Part shown: one piece after another, positions 11,549 through 24,235 of the stretch
Position numbering within the stretch: the first letter of the stretch is position 1
Layout of the letters: each line of letters opens with the position of its first letter
Assembly: GCF_001447785.1 (NCBI RefSeq)
Contig: NW_015162483.1
Span: 979,485 to 1,043,484 of the forward strand
Direction: 5' to 3'
Length of the DNA: 64,000 bases
Source: Gekko japonicus
Taxonomy: Eukaryota
Notes under the pieces: generated by a model
Database searches by the model: none
What the model saw: the letters and a program-made list of their open reading frames with translations, nothing else
What the model was told of the DNA's origin: nothing
Position numbers and translations under genes: made by a program

Positions 11549-14500
11549 CATTTTAAAAGGAAAGTCTTTCCTAATGGCCAAATTAAATTGAGTTGAAATT
11601 GTTCATCACTAATATGTACACATGAGCCAACAGAGGCTTCATTGTTTGAACAGAGGACTGAAGCCATCACATCTAATTATGGAATCCAGGATCTCTAACA
11701 AAACGTCCCCAAGTCACACTTTTAAAATGAAACAATGAATAGAACAACACAGCAAAACCCAATAGGAACTTTTTCCATTGGTGTGTGCACACACAAAAAC
11801 TTAAATAGAAAAGATAATTTGCTCTAACATTTTGACCTCAAGCTCTTACTTTCCTATATTTTATTATGCCACCTATTGTAGTATCTTTAAGTGAATCACA
11901 TCAGGGACAATTAGACTCATGCCAGGCAGCCATTAAATAACACATTTCCTTTCAATCAATGTCCTTCATATCATTCTTAGAACTTCCTTTTAAAATTTAA
12001 TCTGGCGTAGTACCCCTATCCATCTAGAACTGCTTTTATCTTTATTAGTAAAAGCTGAGCTCATCTCAGATATCTGTTTCTTTTAAAAAGTAATCTGGTT
12101 TTATCCAGAGTCTCTCAATTATCTAGGGTGTTTTTTAAATGCATTTTAAAATGAAGGTCTTCAGCTTGACCCAAAGTCAAAAAGAAGCCAAACTGAACAG
12201 GTCACTTCACTGCTTGAGCAGAGTGACTTGAACACAATGGCTTGTATCCAGGAACTGAGAACTCAACAGAAACTTATGGAATGGATCCTTGCCAGGTGCC
12301 GATTTTTATTGTGGCTTCCTGCAACCCTCAAAAAGATTCTTTTGGAGGGTCAGAGGGCTCTTGGGAAGAGCTGGGAAACAGGAGTAAGAGAACACTGCAG
12401 AAAGTGCCTCATCTCATGTGTTAAGTATGATTGTGCAAGAAATAGCAGAGGAAGGGGAGTGACTTCCTTTTCACTTCTTTCCTACTGAACCACTCTGTGC
12501 TGCATCCCACAAAACTCCCATGTTTTGCTGAACTCTCAGGAGTGGCTATGTGGAGGTGCAGAGGATACAGAGGGAAGGGGAAGTGGGAAAAACTTATTAA
12601 AACCAGGGCAGCTGCAAAATATGGGGAGGATTTTCAGAGAAGATGCAGAAGGTAGAAAGGGAGATATCACATAACTCTTTCCTTACCTGCCCCCTTTTGT
12701 CCCTTTCCCCAGTGATTCCCCCTGTAAACATGTCTGGCAAGCTAGCAGTCAACACCTTAACTATTAACTAATTCTTCAAGAAACTACAGAAATGACACTG
12801 CATGGTCTGATTATTCCACTCTAGGCCCACTGTTTGGGGAAAATGACGTTCCCAAATGGCCAATAAATTTGAGTTTGAATTCTGAAGGTTCCTTACTACG
12901 CTTCTCAGTCAGGCAAAGAAATACTAAAAATACTAATACTAATGTTCTGTATTGAGCCTGAACTGTCCTAGCAAAAGGACTGAGCTTGGGATGCATAACA
13001 ATAGATTGCTAGGATCCTAGAATGGACCAGTAGGGAGACAGGGATCCTAGAGTAAACCAACTGGGAAACAATAGAGTGTAAATAGCCTATCATTGGGAGT
13101 GAGGTGTTTTTGGGTGTAAACCTTTTCAGGCATAAATCCCTGGCTTTGGCCAGGGATTGCCGTCTTTTTCTCTTGCTGAATCACTAATGAGCTGGTCACT
13201 TCTATGCATCTGAACCCAGTATATTTCAACTACTATCTCCCATACTTTCACATCTCCACGGGGAAGAAAGCTATTTACATCACTCAAATAAATTTGCCTT
13301 TCAAATGAAGGTCTTAACTGACATTACTGAAAACACATCCTTAATGATAGATGCATCTTCTGCATGCTTGACTGTCAACAAACTGCACTGGACAAACACT
13401 ACAGGCAAATTCGAGTGCATTTACTACCACATTGTGATAGGAGCCACACATCTGTTCATTGTGGAGGCCCTTCTCCAAGGGCATGGTCAATATGGAAATC
13501 AGGTGTTATACCTGCTTTGATTACTGTAGTAAAGACTTTTAGCATTAACCACCTAAACAACTTCTTGGCATGTTCTCTGAACAGAAACATTAAACAACAG
13601 CTCCTGGAGGGGGGGGGCTCTTCTGCTTAGGTTCTTATTTTTCATGTATGAGGGCTTCAAGTCACATTGACGCCACATTTATTGTATTGGGTTTCAGCAC
13701 GGTATCTGATATATATTAAAGTGCTTTCATCAATGAAAACTCTATGATTCATATGCAGCCTGATAGAAAATGCAACCTGATTAATTCACTTGGGATAAAA
13801 ATTGAGTAAAGAAAGAAAAATAAAGATGTGGCAATTTTTCCCCTCTAGAGGTTTGAAGTTTCAGTTTTGGCCTTTTTGTTGGCTTATAATCCTTCCCAAA
13901 GGCTTGGTGAGATAAGGCCACCCCAGTGTTTCTTTCACCCTTTGTTCTTTTGCAGTGGTGTGTGTGTGGGGGGACATGTTTAAAGTTTGTTGCCTCTCAG
14001 TAGCTAGAAGACAGCATCTTTTGTCTAGAAAAGCAGACTGAACATCCTCTTGGAGTGAAGATGGGCTTTCCCTTAGTTCCAATGGTGGAAGAGATCAAGA
14101 ACTTTGGGAACCATGAACAAAATAAAACCCAGTTATATCTTGTCATTGCTTGTGTCATGTCTATACATTCAAACAATACCAATAACAATAATCAGATCTG
14201 CCCCCATTATTGAAGGAAGCATCTGAACTCAAGTTTGGTGTTCTGGTGTCTCCAAAAACTGCAGTATAGGAGCCTGCCCAGATCATCCTGCTTGGTTTAT
14301 TTTCATTACAGGCAGATTTAGCTTTTTAGCTTTGCTAAACTAGGGGTCATTTATGAAAATTATCTGGGGGAATGACAGTTATAACATCACACCCACTCAA
14401 CCACCTACTACCAGAGGTTTGTCCACAACATTCTTTATTATATTACAGTCTGATCAGCACTGCTGTCCTGCCTAGCCTCATCATTCCTACACAATGGTAG

Positions 14501-15619
14501 ATTTGCAACAAAGCTTTGGGGATGCATCATGGATGATCTCTAAATGCTTCAGCAGAGTGTATAGGTTTTAAAGAGAACACTGGTCTTCATTACTTTTGTA
14601 AAAAGGATAAAGCCAGAATGAAGATTTTACACATGTGGTATAAGTGAAGTTTTTGATGATGTTCCTGACTACATGGCAATTATTATTATTTTATTGCTGT
14701 TGTCCTTGTTGCTGTTGTTGAAGTTAGGCTAATAAGTGCTGAGAAATAGATAAGCAATTTTTGCTTGTTGCCAAAGTAAGTAAAAATATGAATCACAGTG
14801 CAGTCTTAATCCTATACCTTTCTAAGTATATTGATTCAATTGACTTAGAAAGGAGTAATTCATTTTAGGATTCTACTGCTAATTAGAATATTTGTTAGTG
14901 TAAATAGTGAAAGATCATTACAATGAATTACAAACAGAAAGGGGCAAAAATCATGATACATTCCACTATTCAGTGAAGACATTTGGGAAACTCCCTACTG
15001 CCTTTGGAGACATGATAAATCAGAGAGCCAATATTCATATCAGCAAATATATGATGCATCCTTCTAATATCCTGCACTGCATCACTGGAATGACAGTAAT
15101 ATATAGTCCATTAGAAAAGAGAATGTGAAATCGAGATGAGAAGGAACTTAACCTACAATATTCTTCCCAAAGGAGATAGCTTCATTTCTATAATTCTTCC
15201 CTTTCCAGAACCTCTGAAAGCATAAGAGATTACAAGGCTACTATAGACATTCCCTAAAAGTGTTCATACCTCAACAAGGTTAATTAAAGGCCAAAAGGAG
15301 AAGCTTTCATGTTAAAAATGCCCAGAGCGACGATTGATTTTAATTTAGTTTTACATGTCTTATTAACACAATGCAAAATATCCAAAAGCTATGCACATTT
15401 AAAACCAACAAGCTACTGAACCAGCATTACTTGCGCATTTATGACATACCCCCCCCCCCGACAGCACATCTTCTCAACAGCTGAAAATATTTGCTTCCTA
15501 AGGAATGTTACAGCTTCTAGGGCATTCATGGGTGCTCAGTTTGGATGAGCTTCCATATAAGCAGAAGATACATCTGGTAGGGGAATGGAATCATTCTGCT
15601 GGACATGCCTGTCCACCTC

Positions 15620-16416
15620 TGGGACTGTTTTATTGCAAAGAAACTTCAAGAACAGACTAGAAAGGAAAATTGCTGAGTTGCAAGTTATTACTACACTCAG
15701 AACAATGGAATCCCAGGACTTAACAGGGATATTGGTTTCTTATCTCACAACATTTGCTAACCTCATTCAGCTCTTACATCTGTATTCTCACCAATCCCCC
15801 AGAAGGGCAATTTTATTTTATCTATTATTTGGAATATTAGATTAGAATAGTGGATTATAATGTAACATAATGAATAGAAGAAATCGGAATGTATTTCTCT
15901 GGTCTGGGGAACAGGGGAGATAAATCTGCACAGCCAATCACCCCACTTCAAAGAAAATGATGCTGTAAAGTTGCCCCCATACTTGAGAAGAGATGGATGA
16001 CAGAGTCTCAACTAATTACTCTCTGATTTCTACAATTAAGGATGCATCAATCTTCAATTTTGACATATTTCTTTCTTTCACTATTTTTGCCCCAGAATTG
16101 AACCCAAACAAATGGTTACCATCTAAATTAAGCTTATTATTCTTGTTTGATCCTTGTATCTGTTAAACATCTTCATTATGTTGTATGATAATTTACTGCT
16201 CACCCTCTACCTATATGTATGGACTGGTAATTTCCAATTTTGTTTCTGTCTCTTTCTTGAATCTATTTGGCCTTCCTGGCAAATACCCTCCCCCTTTCTA
16301 TATGTAATGGGTGAGGAAATTCTGTTTCACTTTATCTGAAGAAGCATGTTTGCACACAAAAGCTTATACTTGAATAAAACTTTGTTGGTTTTAAAGGTGC
16401 CACTGGACTCAAACTA
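15620..16416 (+). mobile_element. Penelope-like element remnant (GIY-YIG endonuclease C-terminus plus pseudo-LTR)
   Basis: VLLQRNFKNRLERKIAELQVITTLRT resembles the Penelope EN C-terminus. The repeat tctgaagaagcatg...aataaaactttgttggttttaaaggtgccactggactc lies at about 16335-16415. Confidence 0.7.
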
Positions 16417-16440
16417 GTAGCCTCAGAGATGCATGTGGAC

Positions 16441-18270
16441 TTTTTTTAAAAAAAATTAAATGGCTTTATTACTACAAACACTACAAAAGGAAAGTGAAAT
16501 AAGGGGTACTAGAACACTAACCAATAACACATAAAGATAAAGCAAGAATCATCATATATACAAAGTTCTTGTTAGTCGTTCCTACCATTATCAATATAAA
16601 AAAGAAATGAATACAGGAATAAAACTGGCTGCCCTACATCGAGATTAATAAAGCTAAATCAAGCCCATTTAGCCAAATTGAGTACATCATAGTTTCAAAT
16701 ACAAAATAACCTTTCTGAGTTTCATTACATTGCATTAATTATCTCCTGTGTTTGTTCTTATCATATCTCAGTTGGACCTCAAGAATTTTAGGAGCTGCTA
16801 TTCCTTTTTCGGGGTCAGGACCTTCAGAAGAGCTGTCAGGAATAGTTATGCTGTCTTCAGACTCATGATCACTCTTTTCTGCTTGTATACTGTCCTCTGT
16901 TTTTACTCTGTCCTTACATGCTGTTTGCTGCTGTTCCAAGAATATCTTTGGTTTTTGGGCAGAGTCAATCTTCTCCTTTTTACCATTATAGTTGAAAATA
17001 AGGCCTTCTGGAAATGTCCACCTGAAGGGAATGGAATTTCCTCTTTTGTATCTCAAATGAAATATCCTTTAATATCTTCGCTTCTTCGCCTTTGATTTTC
17101 AGGGATTTCCCATTAGTCGCTTTCAAGATAGCATCTCTAATAGAGCTTTTGGAGAATTTAACAAATATTTCACCAGGCAGATGTGTTTTTTTAATAAAAT
17201 CTGGATAGGTTCGATAAACCATGTCCATATTGCTTTGTAGAGAATCCGCTTTAAGGTCTGTCACTGGTGCCAATGCTTCGCTTAATAACTCCTTTAAATT
17301 CTCCCCTTTCTGTTCTGGGACCCAGAAATCGCAGGACATATAATGATGTCTCCATTTGAAGCTGTAACAATTGCTCTTTATCAGAGATCCACTCTTTTTC
17401 CATGACCTCCAGTCTCTGTTTAATGGAATTTGCCATGGCATCAACTTGTTTCACTGCTTTATCGGTTTCATCTGCCCTTTTAACTGTATCCACCAATTGT
17501 TTCTGGAAACAGTCAAGCTTACTATTGATATTAGTCATCTGGTCCAACAGAGGGTGCAATGCTGTAGCCATCATGATTGGGAAGTCAGCAACTGCTTCCA
17601 TTTAAGAGCAGAGATCACTGAGCTGGCAGTTCCTGGAGGAGGTCTTTTTTTAAGCACCATTTTTTCTCCTCTCCTCGACATTGTTTACACAAGGTACAGT
17701 CTGTTTAAACAATCTGAAAGTCCATTTGTTTTATTTAGCTTTAAACTATTTTGTACCCCGTTTGGCTAGTTTGATGATTTTACTAGACAGCACCGTCACT
17801 TGCCACCTAGCTGTCACTTAAGAACCACTACTTTTTTTTGGGGGGGGGAATCCCCAACTCCTCCCCTCCCTCCAAATCTGCTAGGGGCTTTGGATCAGTT
17901 TCTCTGCTTCACCGCTTGTTTAGCTTATGGGGATTTGCAAAGACTCACAGTTCATTCCGGCATTTTTTCAGGGAGTAGAAAGGGAGTATTGCTGGATCAC
18001 TCGCCTGCATTGTCCGGCATGCGCCTCTATTTTCTCCATATTGGTCTTGTGGTGATGGGACCTATTGGGGTAAAGAGGAGCCTCAATTCCTCAGCCATCG
18101 CCTTAGAAGAGGCACCTCCTGAACCCCAGGCTAAGAGACCCCTACAAGGTCTCTAGGGCCCCCCGGAACCATCCGAGTCCCCTCCCATCCGCTGCGATTT
18201 TGGGGCACTCACATTGGAACTTGATGGAGCACACCTGTCCAGTGAGTCGCCGAAACTGGAAGTCGAGGTC
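16441..18270 (-). mobile_element. Full-length ORF1-only L1 derivative (HAL1-like), frameshifted ORF1
   Basis: L1 ORF1-like coiled coil, LRF..VPEQKGENL, RRM-like LPGEIFVKF and CTD-like FRWTFPEGLIFNYNG in three frames (17601-16739). AATAAA at 16470-16465, then a short A tail. 9-bp TSD catgtggac (16432-16440, 18271-18279). No ORF2. Confidence 0.8.
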
Positions 18271-19099
18271 CATGTGGACATTTTATGGTGTCTATTAAAT
18301 TCAGCATACCTATACTCACAATACAAGTTTTTTTCCCCCAAGATTGTGTAAAGGTTAATAGCATGCAGTTGAGACCTACATATGTCAGATTTTTACACGA
18401 ACAGACCTGAATTCAGGTGAACCTGGAGGCTAGGAAGATATACTATGTGTGTAGGTATTATCTAGTTTCCTACCTCATACAGCATCTACCTACAAAGAAG
18501 TTTGTGTTCAAACCAGGATGAACAGAAGCACTAGACACAGCAACCCATTTAGATGTACCCTCAAATTTTTCACACCTGTTGCCCTACTCTATTGGTTGCT
18601 AGAATTCCAACACACATAACATACTTGGTCTTCTGCAAAGTATTCACTACTAGGGAAGTCACACATTTCTCAGCAAACCAGTTTGGCCGTTGAATGTAGC
18701 ATGTTGAACACCCACAATCAGACTGTGAACAAAGCAATGATATGTTCATCTTGCACTGAACAACTCAAACAGTTGCCAAAAAAGTTTTCAACTGCTTGTT
18801 GGTTAGAAGCCAACTTACAGCTGACCAAGGTTCAGTAGGAGTCAGGTTCTGATCTACTCTTCCCCCACCGAAAATAGCTACATGGTGTTTTTTTAAAAAA
18901 ACAGATTTTTGCAGTTATAGAAAGCTCCCTTTGTGTGAAAGGCTGATGACATCATTGGCCTGCATGCTGCAATGGAAAACACTGGAGTGTATGGAGAAAG
19001 TAATAGAGGGGCTGTAGATGTTTCCATGGCTCATGTGTAGTATTTTACCTCACCCCAAATCTGCAGACACTTCTGGCACATGGATAATGATAAAATCAA

Positions 19100-21969
19100 C
19101 TACGGGACCAGTCACGGACTACGGAGTGGGGGAGAGGAGTGGCTGTGTTCATACGGGAAGCTTACTCCTTCAGGGCGCTCCCACCATTGAGTCTCACAGG
19201 CATAGAGTGTGCTGGCTTCGTGTGGGAAGCTGGGGAGAGTTTGGCTATTTAGTTAGTATACCGATCGCCCGACACACCAGCCGATAGCCTGTCATCCCTG
19301 GTTGAGGCCATGTCTGGCTGGGCATTGGAGTTCCCTAGACTGATTGTCCTGGGTGACTTCAATGTCCATGCTGATGATGTGGCCTCTCCAATAGCGGTGG
19401 ACTTGGTGTCATCCATGGCGGCACTGAGACTCTCCCAATACGTAACAGCCCCCATGCACAGAGCTGGTCACATGCTTGATTTTATCTTCGCAGCAAGGGT
19501 TACAGTGGACCGGATTACTGCTACAGCAGATCCGTGGTTGGACCACCATGCCCTGAAGGCCCGTGTGAACGTGGCACCCCAACCCTGTTTGGGCAGCGAG
19601 CGAGCACATTTTAGCTCACCTGCGGATCCAAATGGACCCTCAGAAGCTTCAGATGACCCTATGGGATCCTATGCCTCCTGGCGGCTCATTAGATGAGTTA
19701 GTCGAGGACTGGTATGCCCGACTCTCAACTGCCATCAATGAGATTGCTCCCCAATGCCCTCTGCACCCTCGCTCTAAGCGGGCTCCTTGGTTCACCGAGG
19801 AGCTGCAGCTGATGAAACAAGAGCTCAGATGACTAGAGAGACAGTGGTAGCATGCTCACGATGAAGCAACAAGAGCATCCTATAGGACGTTTATGAGATC
19901 TTTTGAGATGGCAGCCAAAGCTGTGAAAAGAGTTCTACGCAGCCACGGTTGTGTCTGCTAGCTCACACAAGGCACAATTATTTAAAACTATTCGGTCATT
20001 AACAGAGCTGCCTCAGGACAGACCAAATGCTAGGGAATTGGAAATCGGCTGTGAGGCTTTTGCGAGCTACTTTGCAGATAAGGCCTTGCTGCTCCGCTGT
20101 GATCTCCCCGCCACAGTTGAGACAGTGAGCGAACTCGAGGCCCCATGCACATCTTCTAGTTCTATTCTGGATTATTTCAGTCCACTCAGCCTTGAGGAGG
20201 TCGACAGATTGCTCTCAACAGTACGCCCAACCATGTGCAGCCTTGACCCATGCCCTTCATGGCTCATAAAAGCTGGCCGCGAGGGGTTGCGAGGTGTCCT
20301 CAAGGATATTATCAACAAGTCCTTCGCGAAGGGAGTGTTCCTGGGGGCACTGAAGGAAGCAATGGTCTGCTCTCTCCTGAAAAAAAATCCTTGGACTCGG
20401 CCGAATTGGCCAACTACCTGCCAGTCTCCAATATCCCCTATTTGGCCAAATTACTTGAGAGAGTGGCTGTGATTCAGTTGCAGAGCTTTATGGATGACAC
20501 TTCCATGCTAGACCTGTTCCAGTCCAGGCCATGGGACGGAGGCGGCACTGGTCACCCTCACAGATGACCTCCGGAGAAACCTGGATTGAGGTGGCACAGC
20601 GGCACTGTTGTTGTTGGACCTGTTGGCAGTGTTCGACATGGTTGACCATCAGTTGTTGATCCACTGCCTTGCCAACAATGGGATTCAGGGGCTTGCCTTA
20701 CAATGGCTTGTCTCCTTTCTCCAAGGTCGAGGACAGAGGATGGCAGTAGGAGAACAGACATCCAAGAGGCACCTACTGGTGTGCGGGGTCCCTCAAGGGA
20801 CAGTGTTATCCCCAATGTTATTTAACATCTACATGCGCCCCTTCACCCAGATTGCCCGGAGGCATAGGCTAGTGTGCCATCAATACGCAGATGACACCCA
20901 GCTATATCTGTTGTTGGGCAGTCAGTCCAACTCTACCCCAGATGACCTGGAGCTGGTGATTCAGGACATGGCGGGCTGGCTTAGACTGAGCCGATTGAAA
21001 TTGAATCCGACGAAGACGGAAGGCCTGTGCATGAGTTGGAGCAGCTCACTAGTAGGGATCCCACTACTGACCTTCGATGGGGCGCCTGTGGCACCAGCGC
21101 TGAGGGTCAGGAATTTGGGAGTGCTCTTGGAAGCTCCCTTAACAATGGAGGCCCAGGCAGCAGCCACTGCCAAGGCAGTCTTTTACCATCTGCAGCTGAT
21201 TAGGCAGTTGGTTCCCTTCCTTGAACGCAATGACCTGGCAATAGTGATCTATGCTATGGTCACCTCGAGATTAGACTATTGCAATGCTCTCTACATGGGG
21301 CTGCACTTGTCTCAAATCCAGAAGCTGCAGCTGGTGCAAAATGCAGCAGCCAGGCTGCTGATAGGGCTCTCTACACGAGATCACATCCAGCCTGTGCTGA
21401 AGGCATTGCACTGGCTGCCAATAGCATACCGGATTCATTTCAACGTGCTGGTTTTGACCTTTAAAGCCCTATATGGTCGGGGGCCTGCCTACCTGGAGAA
21501 CCGCCTTTCCCCATATGTGCCCCAGAGAGCACTGAGGCCCAAAAGATGCCAGACTGGCCATAACAAGGGCCAGGGCTTTTTCAGTGGTGGCTCCACACTG
21601 GTGGAATGAGCTCCCAGAGGACATCAGGGCCCTGCAAGACCTTTTACCGTTCTACAGGGCATGTAAATCAGAGCTCTTCCATCAGGCCTTCAATTAGGAG
21701 CTGCCACTAATGAATGTACCATCGATGAATGTAAGTCAAACATGCCACAGCCCAGTTATAACGTTGGATGGTCTTTTCTTACTGAATCATGAATAGGAAA
21801 CCGCCGCCATCTGTTTGCACTGTCTGTACTAGCACTTTATGTATTTGTTTTATTATGAATTTTATGGTATTTATTGATCTTATTGTATTTTAACTTATGT
21901 AAGCCACCTTGAGCCAGTTTGTACCGGCAAAGGCGGGGCATAAATTAGAAGTAAATAAATAAAAAATAA
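19100..21969 (+). mobile_element. L2-clade LINE with APE endonuclease and RT (degraded)
   Basis: APE motifs IVLGDFNVH, HRAGHMLDFIF, DHHAL. RT motifs LDPCPSWL, GVPQGTVLSPMLFNIYM, YADDTQLY, SRLDYCN, LHWLPI. 3' tail (TAAA)n at about 21952-21969. Confidence 0.95.
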
Positions 21970-21989
21970 CATGATGCACCACATTCCTC

Positions 21990-22020
<31 letters not shown>

Positions 22021-23637
22021 TACCTATCATGGTTTATGTGTCTCTTCATGCCACATTAGGCCTCTCTGCACATTTTGGCACATCATGCATAACTACAATA
22101 CCATGTTACTGTGCTGCATGACATTCTAAAGACCTTGTTAATATCCATCAAGGCATGTATTCTACTATCTGCTGGATTCAGTTCAGAGTTTGGAGCAGAC
22201 TCTGAATCAGAGATTCTGATTCTGCTGAAAGTAATCTAGAGCTCTGTCACATTTGTGTAGCCAAAGTACTGGAATATATCTTGACTTGAAAAAGGATATC
22301 AGAACCATATATATGAGGAAAAAGTAAGGGCTAAAGAAGGGGTTGTACAGAATCTGTTGAAATAGTTATAAAATTCCATCATTTATTTCCCCCCCAAAAA
22401 AATTTCTTCTTCTTTTGTTCTTCTTTTATCTTTGGGGCATATTTGTAACAACATTAACTACAGATAACTCTAAGAGGTGTCAGATCCTGTTAAGAGTTCA
22501 GTACAGAAAATAGAAAATAAAATAAAAAGTAAAATATAAATGTCCCATGGTTTCAGGTTGTTACTTTGTAGGCAATAAGATGCAGAAAGATGACCTGGAG
22601 CTGGTGATTCAGGACATGGCGGGCTGGCTTAGACTGAGCCGATTGAAATTGAATCCGACGAAGACGGAAGGCCTGTGCATGAGTTGGAGCAGCTCACTAG
22701 TAGGGATCCCACTACTGACCTTCGATGGGGCGCCTGTGGCACCAGCGCTGAGGGTCAGGAATTTGGGAGTGCTCTTGGAAGCTCCCTTAACAATGGAGGC
22801 CCAGGCAGCAGCCACTGCCAAGGCAGTCTTTTACCATCTGCAGCTGATTAGGCAGTTGGTTCCCTTCCTTGAACGCAATGACCTGGCAATAGTGATCTAT
22901 GCTATGGTCACCTCGAGATTAGACTATTGCAATGCTCTCTACATGGGGCTGCACTTGTCTCAAATCCAGAAGCTGCAGCTGGTGCAAAATGCAGCAGCCA
23001 GGCTGCTGATAGGGCTCTCTACACGAGATCACATCCAGCCTGTGCTGAAGGCATTGCACTGGCTGCCAATAGCATACCGGATTCATTTCAACGTGCTGGT
23101 TTTGACCTTTAAAGCCCTATATGGTCGGGGGCCTGCCTACCTGGAGAACCGCCTTTCCCCATATGTGCCCCAGAGAGCACTGAGGCCCAAAAGATGCCAG
23201 ACTGGCCATAACAAGGGCCAGGGCTTTTTCAGTGGTGGCTCCACACTGGTGGAATGAGCTCCCAGAGGACATCAGGGCCCTGCAAGACCTTTTACCGTTC
23301 TACAGGGCATGTAAATCAGAGCTCTTCCATCAGGCCTTCAATTAGGAGCTGCCACTAATGAATGTACCATCGATGAATGTAAGTCAAACATGCCACAGCC
23401 CAGTTATAACGTTGGATGGTCTTTTCTTACTGAATCATGAATAGGAAACCGCCGCCATCTGTTTGCACTGTCTGTACTAGCACTTTATGTATTTGTTTTA
23501 TTATGAATTTTATGGTATTTATTGATCTTATTGTATTTTAACTTATGTAAGCCACCTTGAGCCAGTTTGTACCGGCAAAGGCGGGGCATAAATTAGAAGT
23601 AAATAAATAAAAAATAACATGATGCACCACATTCCTC

Positions 23638-23668
<31 letters not shown>

Positions 23669-24235
23669 TACCTATCATGGTTTATGTGTCTCTTCATGCC
23701 ACATTAGGCCTCTCTGCACATTTTGGCACATCATGCATAACTACAATACCATGTTACTGTGCTGCATGACATTCTAAAGACCTTGTTAATATCCATCAAG
23801 GCATGTATTCTACTATCTGCTGGATTCAGTTCAGAGTTTGGAGCAGACTCTGAATCAGAGATTCTGATTCTGCTGAAAGTAATCTAGAGCTCTGTCACAT
23901 TTGTGTAGCCAAAGTACTGGAATATATCTTGACTTGAAAAAGGATATCAGAACCATATATATGAGGAAAAAGTAAGGGCTAAAGAAGGGGTTGTACAGAA
24001 TCTGTTGAAATAGTTATAAAATTCCATCATTTATTTCCCCCCCAAAAAAATTTCTTCTTCTTTTGTTCTTCTTTTATCTTTGGGGCATATTTGTAACAAC
24101 ATTAACTACAGATAACTCTAAGAGGTGTCAGATCCTGTTAAGAGTTCAGTACAGAAAATAGAAAATAAAATAAAAAGTAAAATATAAATGTCCCATGGTT
24201 TCAGGTTGTTACTTTGTAGGCAATAAGATGCAGAA
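20940..24235 (+). repeat. Head-to-tail tandem duplication, 2 x 1648 bp (20940-22587; 22588-24235)
   Basis: Constant offset of 1648 with identical ORF translations and identical (CA)n length; contains the L2 3' half plus about 620 bp of flank. Confidence 0.95.

Noticed and set aside
13047-13630. Cluster of short ORFs
   Set aside because: No recognisable motifs or splice-consistent structure
20608-21609. 333-aa RT ORF as an active retroelement or domesticated gene
   Set aside because: Part of an L2 copy with multiple stops and frameshifts upstream and a frameshifted C-terminus
22547-23257. 236-aa ORF with RT-like sequence
   Set aside because: Chance ATG in flanking DNA fused to a duplicated L2 RT fragment at the tandem-duplication junction; not a gene
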